From NCBI RefSeq assembly GCF_037042905.1, contig NC_087250.1, positions 18,850,001-18,914,000 on the forward strand: a stretch of 64,000 bases of DNA, written 5' to 3'. Made by a program: the position numbers and the translations under genes. Positions within the stretch are counted from its first letter, which is position 1; every line of letters starts with the position of its first letter. The DNA is from Lytechinus pictus. Its lineage: Eukaryota. Shown piece after piece: positions 1 through 12,700 of this stretch. The notes beneath the pieces are model-generated. The model did not search any database. It was not told the origin of the DNA and was given only the letters and a program-made list of their open reading frames with translations.

Positions 1-182
1 CTTTAGCAAGAAATCGTTAAGCTATTTGCAAACACTCTTATGTACGTGTGTTTCGATTCTGACGGATCATTTGCCTGGAATAGACGTCAGCGGATAATCC
101 TTACAGATCTAGACTCATCGGTCGTTGCAATTGCAGTCATTAACAATCGAAAGTGATATAGGGCTCCCTGTTATTCTATGAG
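1..182 (+). other. Possible 5' non-coding exon of the NHL gene (start not defined)
   Basis: Strong donor AG|GTAAGA at 182/183 in relatively CpG-rich sequence. The frame joining to 3201 has an upstream TAG, so it would be UTR. The link to 3201 is inferred. Confidence 0.35.
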
Positions 183-360
183 GTAAGAAACGTGTCTTAA
201 TTATGTGTTCATAACGTTTTTCTCGACAATTTTGAACAATTCTAGTTCCAACTTTAATCTTTAAAACGATAGAAGGCGAACGCCAAGGACGTCGTATTAG
301 TCTTATACCATATCTACATATACGGCGTAGCGTACCTACCCCCCCCCCCCCCCCCTCTGA

Positions 361-1181
361 GCAGTCAAATGTATTGCTGTACACATGCGAGACCAAATTG
401 TTTCCAAACACCCCTTAAACGAGTTTTCTCTGTGTGCAAAATAACCCCATCTCGTCTACTTTTTGGCCCCTAAACATGCTAAAAAAGAGTGTAGCCAGAA
501 TCTGTCCCCGGGGAAAAGCTTTCGGAAAAACATACCCTAAACACGTTAGGCTAGTCTTAAAAAAAGCATTGGGTGAAAAAACATGCCCTAAATACCTTTT
601 TACCCCGCGATTGGCCATTTACCAGTCTTTAAAAAACCACCCCTTTAAAAAAAAAAATCGGTGTTTTTAAATAATAATAATCCGCTTTTATACAGCACTT
701 AATACATCGGAACGACGTGTCTAATCGCTTTACAGATATTATTACCCCGGTCATCGGATTCAATCAGTCATTCCCGCATACAATGTTTGCACATCCCCCA
801 CTCCCTGGGGAGTATTCCAGTCAGTCGCCGTTGAGGCACACTCTCTACTGAACAAGCTACTAGATACCCTTAACAAGTGCAAGCGCGGCCCGCGTCCAAA
901 ACTGGGGGGGGGGGGGGATCGACGCCCCTTAAAACGCTTTTGTTTATTGCTGTTCACACGCGTGACAAAAAACACGTTTTTAGGACATGTTTCCCCAAGC
1001 TTTTTCCCCGGGGTCATATTCTGGCGACAACTTGTTTAGGGGTCAAAATGTGTAAATAAGCCCGCGAAAAACTTGTTTAGGGGGTTATTTTGCACACAGA
1101 GAAAAACTCGTTTGGGGATGTTTGGAAATAATTTGGTCACGCGTGTGTACAGCAATACATTTGACTGCCCCCCCCCCCGGG
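361..1181. mobile_element. Non-autonomous DNA transposon with long (~90 bp) inverted termini
   Basis: GCAGTCAAATGTATTGCTGTACAC...AAATAACCCC (361-448) is the reverse complement of 1081-1168; right end is poly-C plus CCCGGG. Confidence 0.75.
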
Positions 1182-2755
1182 ACTGACAGTCCAATTTATG
1201 TGACGTGGGTGTGCATGTGAATTTGCTGTGTGTTGTCACGGGGTTGTCTGCTCGATGTGGCTCCGATCTATGTTACTTCAAAGTATAATTATGATTTTGT
1301 TAATTGGAAATTACAATATCTGTTACAATATCAACATCACTCTTTCTCTCTTTGTTTTAATTCTCTCTTATTCTTTTTTCTCCCTTTCATGGATGTCATT
1401 GGTATTCATGGGTGGGGCTGACTGACACAAATTTTGTTCTCTGTGGGTGATTTTTTTGGGGGGGAATCATTGGCTTTATGAATCTATTTTTTATGTTAAT
1501 TGCTATTTCATAATGTAACCGTTCATTTCAGAAACCGCAAGAAACAACTGGATAGAGAAAGAAAGTAAAAATCCAGGCCAGCTAGGATAAACTGGAATGT
1601 TCATGTTATATGTTGTACATGGCATTATCTTTTTGAAATTTACCCGTCACTGCAACTATTATTAAGCGCATTGGCTGTACCCAGTTTATTTTACCCCATT
1701 TTGAGTATCGATCACTGATTTATTTATTTATTCATTTATTTATTTATTCATTTATTTATTTATTCATCTATTTTAGTTTATCTATTTAGTCATTTTTTAT
1801 TTTTTTTATTCATTCAGGCTCATGATGTAAAATAGTTGGAGAATACAAGCGAAATGATAATCAGAATATCAAAAAGAACCCCCAAAAAAGAGAGAATTAG
1901 GAATGGAAAAGAAAATGGTGCACTTTGATAAATATTTTGAAATATCATGTAAAAATGACCGGAAATGACCAAGGTTAGATTGTAAAATTCGCGCTTGGCT
2001 TACTTGTAGCTTTAAAAAGATTTCGCCCTCTCCGCCATGTCTGGCCCTAAAAATATTGAGACCCACTAAAGGCGTACCCCCCCCCCCGAAAAAAAAAATA
2101 TTTTGTATCAGTCATCCCCCAAAACCATGAACACAGATCGTCACCCACGGAATTGAGAATTAATGCATGACGAAGGCGAGAAAAGAAGAAGGGAGAATGA
2201 AAAAAGAGATAAAAAGAGATTTTGATGATTTTCAATTACATAATCAATGGCATTTGTTGATTGGACCTGAAAAACACACAAATGCGCATGCACACCCGGC
2301 GATCTACATTATTTACTTGGACTGAAGACAAAATTAATGAACTCGGTGATATATATAAATATATAAGTTTGCGTTTCAAAAATACGTTTGTGCTGGATCG
2401 AAATACATTACTCCTTCGAAAATGTGAAGGCTTAAACTATGATTTTCAAGAGACCAATTAGCACGGAACATCACCGTCTTGCATGTCTCTTCGATCATCG
2501 TACAGATGTTAAAATATTCATGACTTACTTCTGTCGGGGGTAGGGACACTAATTGATTGAGGGGACTAAACTATTTTCACTGCAAGGACGCGAGTGCTGT
2601 TGTGGGTTTGGGGTCCTGGACCTTGTGGTTCAAATTCTGGAGACTCTTTCACTGAGGCACAACACCTCTAAATAAAACCTACATGGCTATAACAAGAAAC
2701 GTAGCAAGTACACAGCAGCGTTTTTTTTGTCGAGCGAATTAGGAATCGTCCAGGG

Positions 2756-2924
2756 CACTAGCGTACCTACAGGGGGGCAGGGGGGGCACTCTGCCCCCCC
2801 CCCTGACGAGCCACAACCCATACAAAATACATATCACTGCCCCCCTGACGAGCTTGAAAGACCTTTTATGCCCCCACCCCCTTACGAGCTTGAAGACCTT
2901 TATTGCCCCCCTGACGAGCTTGAA

Positions 2925-2976
<52 letters not shown>

Positions 2977-3113
2977 TGTCATTTTTTTTTCTGGTACAAT
3001 AACCTTTATTTTTGATTGAAGACCTTTTTTTTTTTATTTTTTTTTTTTTTGCTTGTCAATTTTTTGGGCGGTCGATTTTGCCCCCCCTGTGGAAAATCCT
3101 AGGTACGCCACTG
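2756..3113. mobile_element. hAT-type MITE in the intron upstream of the NHL exon
   Basis: Termini CACTAGCGTACCTA / TAGGTACGCCACTG; perfect 8-bp TSD GTCCAGGG (2748-2755, 3114-3121); internal CCCCCTGACGAGCTTGAA repeats and poly-T. Confidence 0.85.
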
Positions 3114-3221
3114 GTCCAGGGCCATATACCCATGCAGGATCAAAACTTGCTTGAGCAACAATTGCTTAACGGAGATTTATCACTTTTTTTATTTTTCCAG
3201 GGTATCATTAGAACCCTGATC

Positions 3222-4055
3222 ATGGCAATGTCAACTCTGTTCCAAACTCCTCTCAAAGCCCAGCTGAATCGACCTCATGGTGTTGTGCTGCACAAGGACA
3301 ACTATGTCGTGGCGGATACGTATAACAACCGTGTAGTTGCTATCAACCCAAGTAATTCATTTTGGACAGTCCTCTGCTCCCAGAAGAACTTTCTACCTTA
3401 CGGCATCCTTGCTTTGTCAGAAGTTGATGACAATTTTCTAATAACGGATATGGGTAAGCAGAGCAAAGGATGCGTGTACGAGTTGAAAAATGGGAAGCTA
3501 ACTCAATGGACCAAAGGTTATGCAAAATTCACGAACCCAACTGGCATTGCAAAGCGAGATGGAAAGGTGTACGTAGCAGATTGGGGGATGAATTGTATTC
3601 ATGTTTTCGACATGAACGGGAAGTTTGCCCACAAGATAGGAGAAGGTAACTTAGACAGTCCATGGTTCATTGCATTCAACTCAAAGAATCGCCTATATGT
3701 TGCAGATTTTAAGGCTATTCGTATCTTTAATCAAGATGGTAAATTTAAAGAGCGCGTAACAATCCCGACTTCAAAACTGTCTTGGCATTACCGAGGCATT
3801 GCCATTGACAAGGATGACAACATCTTCATCACTGCTCGCGCCGATACTTCTCGTCTACTTTACACGGATGAGACAGTGACGGTGTTGGATAAAGACCACA
3901 AACCGATTGGAGATGTCACTCGAGGATGGTGGACTTTCAACTACTTGAGAGGACTTTGTGTTGATAGGAAGAACAACGCAGTTGTAGTGGTTGATGGCGA
4001 ATGGCACAGGATTCAATTGATCTCATACAATGTGCTTATGGAAAATTCAGCGTAG
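3222..4055 (+). CDS. NHL-repeat beta-propeller protein (TRIM2/3/71-like NHL domain), 277 aa if the ATG at 3222 is the start; coding sequence in one exon
   Basis: Repeated NHL motifs: LNRPHGVV..YVVADTYNNRV, FTNPTGIA..VYVADWGMNCIHVFDMNGKF, LDSPWFIAFNSKNRLYVAD, YRGIAIDKDDNIFIT, LRGLCVD..VVVVDGEWHRIQ. Polypyrimidine acceptor tttttccag ends at 3200. The ORF-track N-terminus (3012-3200) is transposon and intron sequence. Confidence 0.85.
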   Translation: MAMSTLFQTPLKAQLNRPHGVVLHKDNYVVADTYNNRVVAINPSNSFWTVLCSQKNFLPYGILALSEVDDNFLITDMGKQSKGCVYELKNGKLTQWTKGYAKFTNPTGIAKRDGKVYVADWGMNCIHVFDMNGKFAHKIGEGNLDSPWFIAFNSKNRLYVADFKAIRIFNQDGKFKERVTIPTSKLSWHYRGIAIDKDDNIFITARADTSRLLYTDETVTVLDKDHKPIGDVTRGWWTFNYLRGLCVDRKNNAVVVVDGEWHRIQLISYNVLMENSA

Positions 4056-4954
4056 GGAGTTTATTGCTATTTCACATCACAGTATTGGTGTCCTTTTATT
4101 CCGGATATATATACCCTATTTCCACAAAGCTTACACAATGAGATCACTAGATGCTGTTTCTTATTCGGACATGTATATTATACCGGATATTATACTATTG
4201 TATTGTATTACCAGTTATACTATTGTATTGTATTGTATTGTATTACCAGTATTGTATTACCAGTTGTGAGAATTATGTTTTCTGTTCGCAATTGTCTGCT
4301 TCCTTCGCCTTTTTATCTTTCTATGTCTTGTATAGCTCTGGCTACCCTTTCTTATTCCTACTCTTTATTCCCCCTGCTCTCTCACACTATCTCTTCAGAC
4401 TCCACCTTGTTTTCCTGACTACCACACCCTCTCTCTTCTATTAATTTTCTCCCGACTCTCTTTCTCGGCCATTCTTTTGTTTTCCCCTCTCTATTTATTT
4501 TTATATTGTAAGTGCACATTCCCTTGATACTTTTTAATATTTAATTATAATACGTATTTGGAATTTGTTACAGGCCACCTATCGTGTAAACATTGTTACT
4601 ACAATTCAGAATTTCTGCTATCGTAATAATGTTTTGTAATTTAGTAATTTTATATAGTACTCTGTAAATCATTTTGTATCTGCTTGCTTGAGTTACGATG
4701 AATAAGTACCATTATTATTATAGGATGCCATTAAAGTAAATTCAAATTTCGTAGAATTCAGACTGAATCTTCTGAAGGTACATTTTCAATCTTTAAAATG
4801 AGAAGAGATAAAACGAAATGAAATTAAAGTGTGCTAATCCTGACAAGCTACACCAACATGATAATTTGCTATTTCGACTATTAAAAAAAAAATCATATGA
4901 AATATCAAATTCCTTTTAATTAACGCGAGACGGACTACACCTAGCCCTCATACC

Positions 4955-5149
4955 ACCCTTTCACAAGGTAAAAACAATCGTAATTTGAATGATGATTCCA
5001 GTGAAAAAAATAAGGCTAATGACGAATATTTAGCACGTGTGAAATCAAACTAGAACCTAATATTAGAATCACGAACGATAATCAAAGTCACGACTGCAAT
5101 TGCAATCATTATTGCATTGATGATTCAAGATTCGCGTGTGGAAACGCCC
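4955..5149. mobile_element. Short TIR element; second copy in opposite orientation at 40784-41044
   Basis: Shared internal sequence (GAATGATGATTCCAGTGAAAAAAATAAGGCTAATGAC; GAAATCAAACTAGAA) and TTTCACA-type termini. Confidence 0.6.
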
Positions 5150-6131
5150 TTACTTTATTTGAGCTTTTTGTGTATTGGATTTCGTCTTCGGTGAATTCTT
5201 TTGAATTTTGGGGACTTGACGCAATAATAGGTCTGCTGTTGAATCAACCATGTCATGGTGTACTGTATCAGAATTTGGTTAAGATTGAAATTTTTAATGG
5301 CCGGCCACAACATCCACGAACATAATTTCGCCGTTTTTACCAATCCTCATTAAAATTGTTTGAATTATAAAGGTTTTCCCGTCCAATTTCATCAGAAATG
5401 CATTTAAATTAGTAAAAGGACGTTCAAATTCGAAAGATTTTTGTCCACCCTCTGCACACATGGTTCAATTTTAATTTATACAGCATTCAATTCCATTTTA
5501 TATCATTCCTTTGAATTTGTAGAAATTCAATTTAGAGAGAGATTCGTTCAAATTAATGGCCCAAAGTTGTCATTGAATTTCGCTACGACGGGCTGATCGA
5601 TCGTTTAATTTCGCCTTAAATACTATTTTCAATTTCGTTTATCGGGACACATATTTGCACTTTAAACGTCCAAATTCAGATAACATGTTCGTGTTCATTT
5701 TTTATTACTTTATACAATATTTGTTCAAACTTTATCTTTTCTTTCTATTTTTTCTGATCTTTTTAGTTAGATTCATTTTATTCCATTATCTTTGATAAAG
5801 ACGTAATTCATGTAACACTTATAGGATATATGGGTGTAAACGGTTATTCTTCTTTTTTTTACATAATTATGATTTATATTGTGTTGGGAAAGGGATGAGA
5901 AACATGGTATTGAACATCCAATTTCAAAGTAATCCCATTTCCATATTTATTCAAAAGACGTAAAAAAAACACCTACGAAAAACACTGTCCATGTCCTATA
6001 AGTAATTGCATATTTATGATTTTGAATTCCTAAACGTTCGCAAGGAGGGTACCGGTGATAATTTGAAAACACTTTTTCAGCTATTTCAATTTGATCGTTC
6101 TTTATACATGTTTAAATAATAAACAAAATTA

Positions 6132-6236
6132 AATTTAATTAAGCATTTGACCCTTTAAATGTTGATCTTATACATGTTATATTTAATATAACATGTATAA
6201 GATCAACATTTAAAGGGTCAAATGCTTAATTAAATT
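6132..6236. repeat. Perfect palindrome, 52-bp arms, 1-nt spacer
   Basis: AATTTAATTAAGCATTTGACCCTTTAAATGTTGATCTTATACATGTTATATT-T-exact reverse complement. Confidence 0.95.
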
Positions 6237-7329
6237 AAGTCTTTCAAATTAGTTGCAAATTGAATTATTACATCATTAAATTGGTTGATTTTTACAAAAT
6301 TCGACGGGAAAACCTATATTATATCCCTTATTCAAAACGGAATAAATAAATCAAATCAATCAATCAATGGCACAATATTGATATCCGATAACGAATGTGG
6401 CACTTCAACATACCGTCAGGTGAAACCCTGCCCTAAGTATATAAAACGACTAATTATAAATTTGACAAAAATTATTCCTCGCAAATTTTGATTATGTATA
6501 GCAGATTGTATACTCAGTGGATTGTTATATCCATTCTGCTTAAAGTATTCTTGTTTCCCCCATTATCATGTACTGTTAAGCTATTAAAGACCCTATTCTC
6601 GCACAGCAATTTTGTTGTCCCCTGCTAATATAACGTGATTTGATTTAATAGAGAGAGTGAGTGAGTCAGAGAGAAATGGAAAGAGAGGGGGAGCAAGGAG
6701 AGAGAGAGAAAAAAAGGGAGGGGAGAGAGGGAGGGAGAGAGAGGGGGTAGAGATTTTCTTTTATCGCCAACTCGATCTTCACCCGTCCACTCATCACAGA
6801 ATCTATCTTCTTTTCGTCTATACCGTCCATCAGGAATTTTGTCTAACAACCATTTTGTCCCAATCACTTCGTCTAAACACCAGTTCGACTGTATGACCAT
6901 GTCGTCTCAAATCTAGCTGGTCTAATGCAGGGGCGACGGAATGGTTTTGAGAGTGGGGGTGGGGGGGGGGGGGGGGGCTTGGGAAGGCTGACCATGCAAA
7001 AAATCACTATCAGATGGTAATTTTTACGTTTTTGTACACGATTTTGGAGAAAAAAGGTGGGGTTGAAGCCCCATAGCCCGCGGCCCCTGTAATATCCAAT
7101 ATTTGGAAAGTTTTTAAACAACAATGAGTGCCATTGCAAGGATATTCCATTCTAAATCCCGATTTTTCTTTTTAAAATAGGAAATATGCAAATGAGGTAA
7201 ACCACGTGATCAGCATCATCAGATTACTGGTCTTGACCAGTTTAATTTCAAACAATGAATTACTTTAGACCAGTTGACTATAACAGAGGAAAATATCTTG
7301 CTTTGATCTTAATCATAATTAAAGGAAAT

Positions 7330-7500
7330 AATTATTTTAATGATAATGTTAATACTTGATAATTATGATAATATTAATAATAATTATTACAATATCGATA
7401 ACAATGATAACAGTAATAAGAATTATGACAACAATGATCATAATAATAATCATTATGATAATTATAAGAAGAATGATGATAAAAATGATAACGATAATAA
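7330..7500. repeat. Degenerate (AAT/GAT)n microsatellite inside an ACCAGT/ACTGGT-rich repeat (~7150-7785)
   Basis: Direct reading. Confidence 0.8.
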
Positions 7501-7789
7501 CTTTCTCTGAATTGCAAGATTCATTTTCCATAATTCGTCAAATGATCTGACTTGAAATAAAGTAATTATTTATTGGACCAGTAATACCAGTTTGATGAAA
7601 AACAATTTAACTGGTATTACTACTTTGCTTCAACTGGAATGCAATTGTTTGAACTGGTCTCCAGTTGATTTTTACTGGTCCAGTTAAAAATCAACTGGCC
7701 CAGTAAAAATATACTGGAAACCAGTAAAATTCTACTGGAAACCAGTAAAAATTCTTAATGGTCTTACTGGTTTTTCCTTCTGGGAATCA

Positions 7790-8148
7790 ATGCGTCAACT
7801 CTTGATGTTTTGTGTGTCGTCCTCTCCGATCGTGACCGGTATAGTCTCAAAATTCTGTCGTAAATTCACCGAATCAAAATCCCGGACGTCGACCCTCGGA
7901 GTCTTGCTCCCAATTTATGATACAAACCAGGCCTTAGGCTTAGAACATGTGAGTCTCATGTTCTTATAATATTGTTTTCTGTCATTAAGAACACTCACGG
8001 AGGTAATTTCATGCACCCAATTTTGAAAGTTGTTTGGTTCTGTTGTCTTCGGCCCCATGCATCCAATTTTGCGTGGGTAAAATCACTAAAAACCAAAGTG
8101 GGCGTTGTGAATTGTTTTGTCTGCGGGCTCGACTACTAACTCAGTACG
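7790..8148 (+). promoter_or_regulatory. TGFBRAP1: Probable promoter and non-coding first exon of TGFBRAP1
   Basis: Locally CpG-rich, several CCAAT motifs, GC-box-like GTGGGCGTT near 8098, consensus donor CG|GTAAGT at 8148/8149, and a matching acceptor at 9619/9620 upstream of the ATG. Confidence 0.5.
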
Positions 8149-9658
8149 GTAAGTTACTCTGTCTCTGGACTGAAGTCTCTGTATCCATATTTACACACAG
8201 GGTGAAATCGGTTTATAGGTGTGAATTTTTTTGATATTTGAACCTTCAAATGCGTATGAACTTAAGTTAAGGGATAAAATTATTAAATATTGGCCAAATC
8301 GTGGTTTCGGGAACCACTCGTACTTGTCGATTTGTATACGCGCACTTGTGTGCAAAGACAAAGTGAATGGAGGTGGAAATAGGGAACCGTGCATGTGACT
8401 GAATAAAGCACTGCTGTATGAAGTGAACGGTGGTTCCCAATATCACGATAATGCCAAATTATTTCACTTAATGGCAAAAATGAGAGGTTTTTTACGTACC
8501 AGACTGATCTCGTGTAGATCCTTCAATCCGTTTGTCAACAAAGACAAAAAAAAAAAGGGTCAAAGTACGGTATGTTGCAAAAAAAATAAATCTCAGAAAT
8601 AAGGTGTTTTCTTCATGGCATTATTTAGAGCTCATCAACTTCAACTTCAATTAAAACATCCTTCCCAAGACCTTTAGTTTAAATAATCTAACACCTCATT
8701 TATCTCAATAGCCCCAGAAATAAGAAAGTTATTGTAGTTTTAAGGTCGTATAAATCGCCTATTCAATTCTTATGTATTCCTTTGTTTTTTAAGCCAAAAG
8801 TTGTGATCTTAATTGGGACCAAGGTACACTAAGTAATAGAAAACACCAATGGCAATGCGCATACATTGGCATATGGAAATGCCCAACAACACTCTCAAAA
8901 ATTACAGAAGCCGCCGAAACAGGGACTTAAAAAACACACTTAGCGTCAGTTGATTTCATTCAAATTTCACCACAATATAGTTAAAATGTTGCTCTATCGG
9001 AATGAATGTACCTTTTAAATTGGGATGATACCTGTAAATATGAATAGCAAGACTCAGAGGTTGAAAGCAAGGCCAAAGTTCCAGTAGCACACAGAGTCGC
9101 AAGATCACCGAGTGAGAGTTTTTTTCAAGTCTAGACAGCTGCCATAAACATTCAACTACGTAAAAACAATGATGTCATGGGGAATAACCTTTCCATGCAC
9201 ATGCAAACACAATACAAAGCAATGCCCCCACAGTCACCCTGAGATTATAGGCAGCACACTCAATGCTTCATTCAGAATGCACCTAGAGGGCGCTTTTGCA
9301 ACACACCTACACAAAGTACGGTGACAAAGCAAATACAATAGGTCTGACCTGTGAACCGCTTCGTTATGACGTACATCCGATTAGCGATGCCGTTTTGAAG
9401 AACAATTGATGGATAAAAATTATTATTTCATAAATTGTGAAATAATCAAGTTTCAAATTTTATTATAAAACCGATCTGCCCAGATTTGACAGTTGCCTTG
9501 AGGGTAATGCGGGTGCGAATGAATGGCTACTGCAACTTGCACATGTAGGTTTTTTTATGTAACTTGCTATGGTGGGTCTCTAGATATGTTTATCGTTTTT
9601 CTGGACTTGTTTATTATAGAAAAATTACCACGACATCATATCACAAGGCACTTCAAGG

Positions 9659-9736
9659 ATGAGTGTGAAAGCTTTTGAACTGGTTCCAGCCGTAGAGAGG
9701 TTGAAGCTACTTGGGGAGAGAACAAGCAAAACTTCA
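9659..9736 (+). CDS. TGFBRAP1: TGFBRAP1 coding exon 1 (MSVKAFELVPAVERLKLLGERTSKTS); exon starts 9620
   Basis: ATG 9659, donor GTAAGT at 9737, 78 nt. Confidence 0.92.
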
Positions 9737-12700
9737 GTAAGTTCAACTTACTTTTACTTTGATGTAGATGTCATGTTTGTATGTTCCTGAAGATAGCAGA
9801 GACTTGAAAGAATAGCAAATATTTTTTGTTTTCTTCGATCGATTAAATATCATTTTCATAATGATTTGAGCCTTCTGAAGGAAAAATTTTGCTTTCTCGT
9901 ACAAAAAGAACTTCTGCTACACAAAGGACTTTTTGTGTAGCAGTCTATAAAGAATTTGGACTAGATTGCAATGTGATAACCAGGAAAATTATATTTCATA
10001 TCCTTACTTAAATTGAGCCAGCAGTAGGATATATGAGGAGATATTTTTAGAAAAAAAGGGGAAACAAAGAAGGAGGGTAGAATAGTTGAAGAAGTTAGAG
10101 GTAGGAACAAGACAAACTGGAGGGAAATGAGAGAACAAATTTTTTTATTTTGTTTTGTCTTGTCCTCCTTTTGTCTCATCTTTCTTTCCTATAGATTGAA
10201 TGTATAGAATGCTGTGGAAAGAATCTCTACATTGGGACAAGTGACTGGTAAGATTATACAATTATTTGTGGGTGGGTTCAATAATAATAATGATAATAAT
10301 AATTATAATACACATGTATATGGGATTTGTAATGCGCCAAATCCACTCGGCAGAGTGCCCAAGGCGCAGGGAAAGAAAGAATGAAAGAAAAACTTACAAA
10401 TATATTATTGATAGATTCAGGAACAATTAAGAATAGGAAGCATTGAATAGACGTGTCTTAAGGTAATGTTTAAATGTGTCAGTGGAAGTGCATTCACGGA
10501 TAACCAGGGGAAGATCATTCACGAGAACAGGGACAGCGTGAGCAAAAGCCCAAACCCCCCATGTCTTAACGGATTTGGGAATAACTACATGTAGGTAACC
10601 AGAGATGGATGAACGTAGGGACCTGACAGTGTATTTGTTAATTAGATTAATATTGTACTGTGGAGCAGAACCGTTAATTGCATGTAATACAAGGAGAAGA
10701 ATTTTGAAGATGATGCGATCATGATCGCGAATGGATGTGATAAGAACACTTGTGTTACTCCTGACACTTCCTATCATTACCCTGGTGTAGCATACATCGT
10801 GGTAGGACATGTGTCGATCTCTCCTTTTACATCATTTTGCCAACTCCAGTTTGTTATGCATACTATGAAAAAAAGGAGTGCAGAATGCTGAATATCAAAA
10901 GCACCCAGGTGCATCACAGTTTATTTCAAGTCAATATTAAAAAAGAGATCTTGTCTGTCTAGTGAGGATTAGGATTTATTTTGTTTTTCATTCAGTTTTG
11001 GTATATCCAGTTTGCTTTTTGGGAAATCTTACAACAAACACAATGGGCTCATGCATGTATATCATTACTCATGTTTAATTGAATTTATACAAGAGATGGG
11101 ACTCGGTTTGATCTTGTATTCATATATACAATTGGACAGTGGAAAGGTTATTTGATGTTAAACAAAGAGAAGGAGAGGAAGACAATATGTGAAAGACATC
11201 ATTTAATTCCATAGGTCCGTATTCTGAAGTCGGGTGTAACTTAAACTCGGGTTTAAAGTTGTGGTTTAAGTATGGATAGCCAATTGTTACATAAATCACT
11301 AACAGTAGAGATATAATATTTCACCTCATTTGGCTCTCAAATCATTCATAATTGTGTAGAAAGTATGAATAGATGATTGTCTTCACCATCGATGAATCAG
11401 GAAAGAGCACAGTAAACATAAGAAACATACAACTTAAGAAAAATTTTGACACTTTTGGCTTCCCATAATTTTAGCACAGAGTTTAATGGTCTAAGTTAAA
11501 CCTGACTTCAGAATAAGGGCCATAGTGGCTAGTAATAACAACTACAAACTACAATTTGCCAAAGACAGATGGAGATGGAAATGATTGCCATCATAATGAT
11601 TATTGTGGTAACAAAGCAACAAATGCAGGGAAAAATATCCTGTCTGACAGTGGCGTACCGTGGGTCACGGCATTGGGGGGGCACCAGAAATTTTTTTAGT
11701 CACTTAGTGAGCGCGCGAAGCGCGCTCAGTTGCCAGATAAACTGACCTAATATAGACATTTTAAGGACAGTGCCATTAAACGGATATGTATTTCACTGAC
11801 CGCATAATGCGAGCGCGAGCTGAATTTGTTTTTATATTCAGACCTAAAAAGGGACATTATAAGCAAATTTTTGTAATCATGATACATATCTATCTCACTA
11901 AACAAACAATGCGAGCGCGAAGCGCGAGCTGAAATTTTTGTATACATTGACCCCAAACAGGGACATTTTGAGGACTACATTTCAGGAATCCATTAAGAGC
12001 ATACATATCTCACCATAGTCATCTAATGCGAGTGCCAAGCGCTTGCTGATTTTGTTACAATTATATACATCTAAACAGATGAAACACTTTTAGTCATTGT
12101 AATCATGATTATCACACGCATCACACTAATAAAATATAGGAAATTCAGATCTGAAGTGGACATTTTAAGGCTTGTTTGTAGGAATTCACAAAGACCATGC
12201 GTATTTTATTAACCAAATGGTGCGAGCGCTAAGCGCGAGCTGAAATTCTTGTATATATTGACCACAAACAGGAATATTTTAAGGACTCTTTTTAAAGGAA
12301 TCCATTAAGAGTACACAAATCTCACCATAGTCATCTAATGCGAGTGCCAAGCGCATGCTGATTTTTTTAGAATTACATATAAATGGCACATGAAGCACTT
12401 TTTGCAGTCATTGTAATCATAATTATCATACGCATTTTACTAATCAATTAATGCGAGCGCGAGCTGAAAAATATAGGAAATTCAGACCTGAAGAGGACAT
12501 TTTAAGGCTTGTTTGTAGGAATTAATGAAGACCATGCGTATTTCACTAACCAAATGATGCAAGTGCGAAGCGCAAGCTGAAAATTTTTGATATTCAGATC
12601 AGAAAAGGGGACATTTTAAGGACTGATTTTAGGAATTCATGAAGAGCACACATATCTCACCAATCCACTAATGCGAACATAAGCACGGGCAGGAAATGTT

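Noticed and set aside
3012..3200. N-terminal 63 aa of the 347-aa ORF
   Set aside because: Runs through the poly-T end of a hAT MITE and intron; the real exon starts at the acceptor at 3201.
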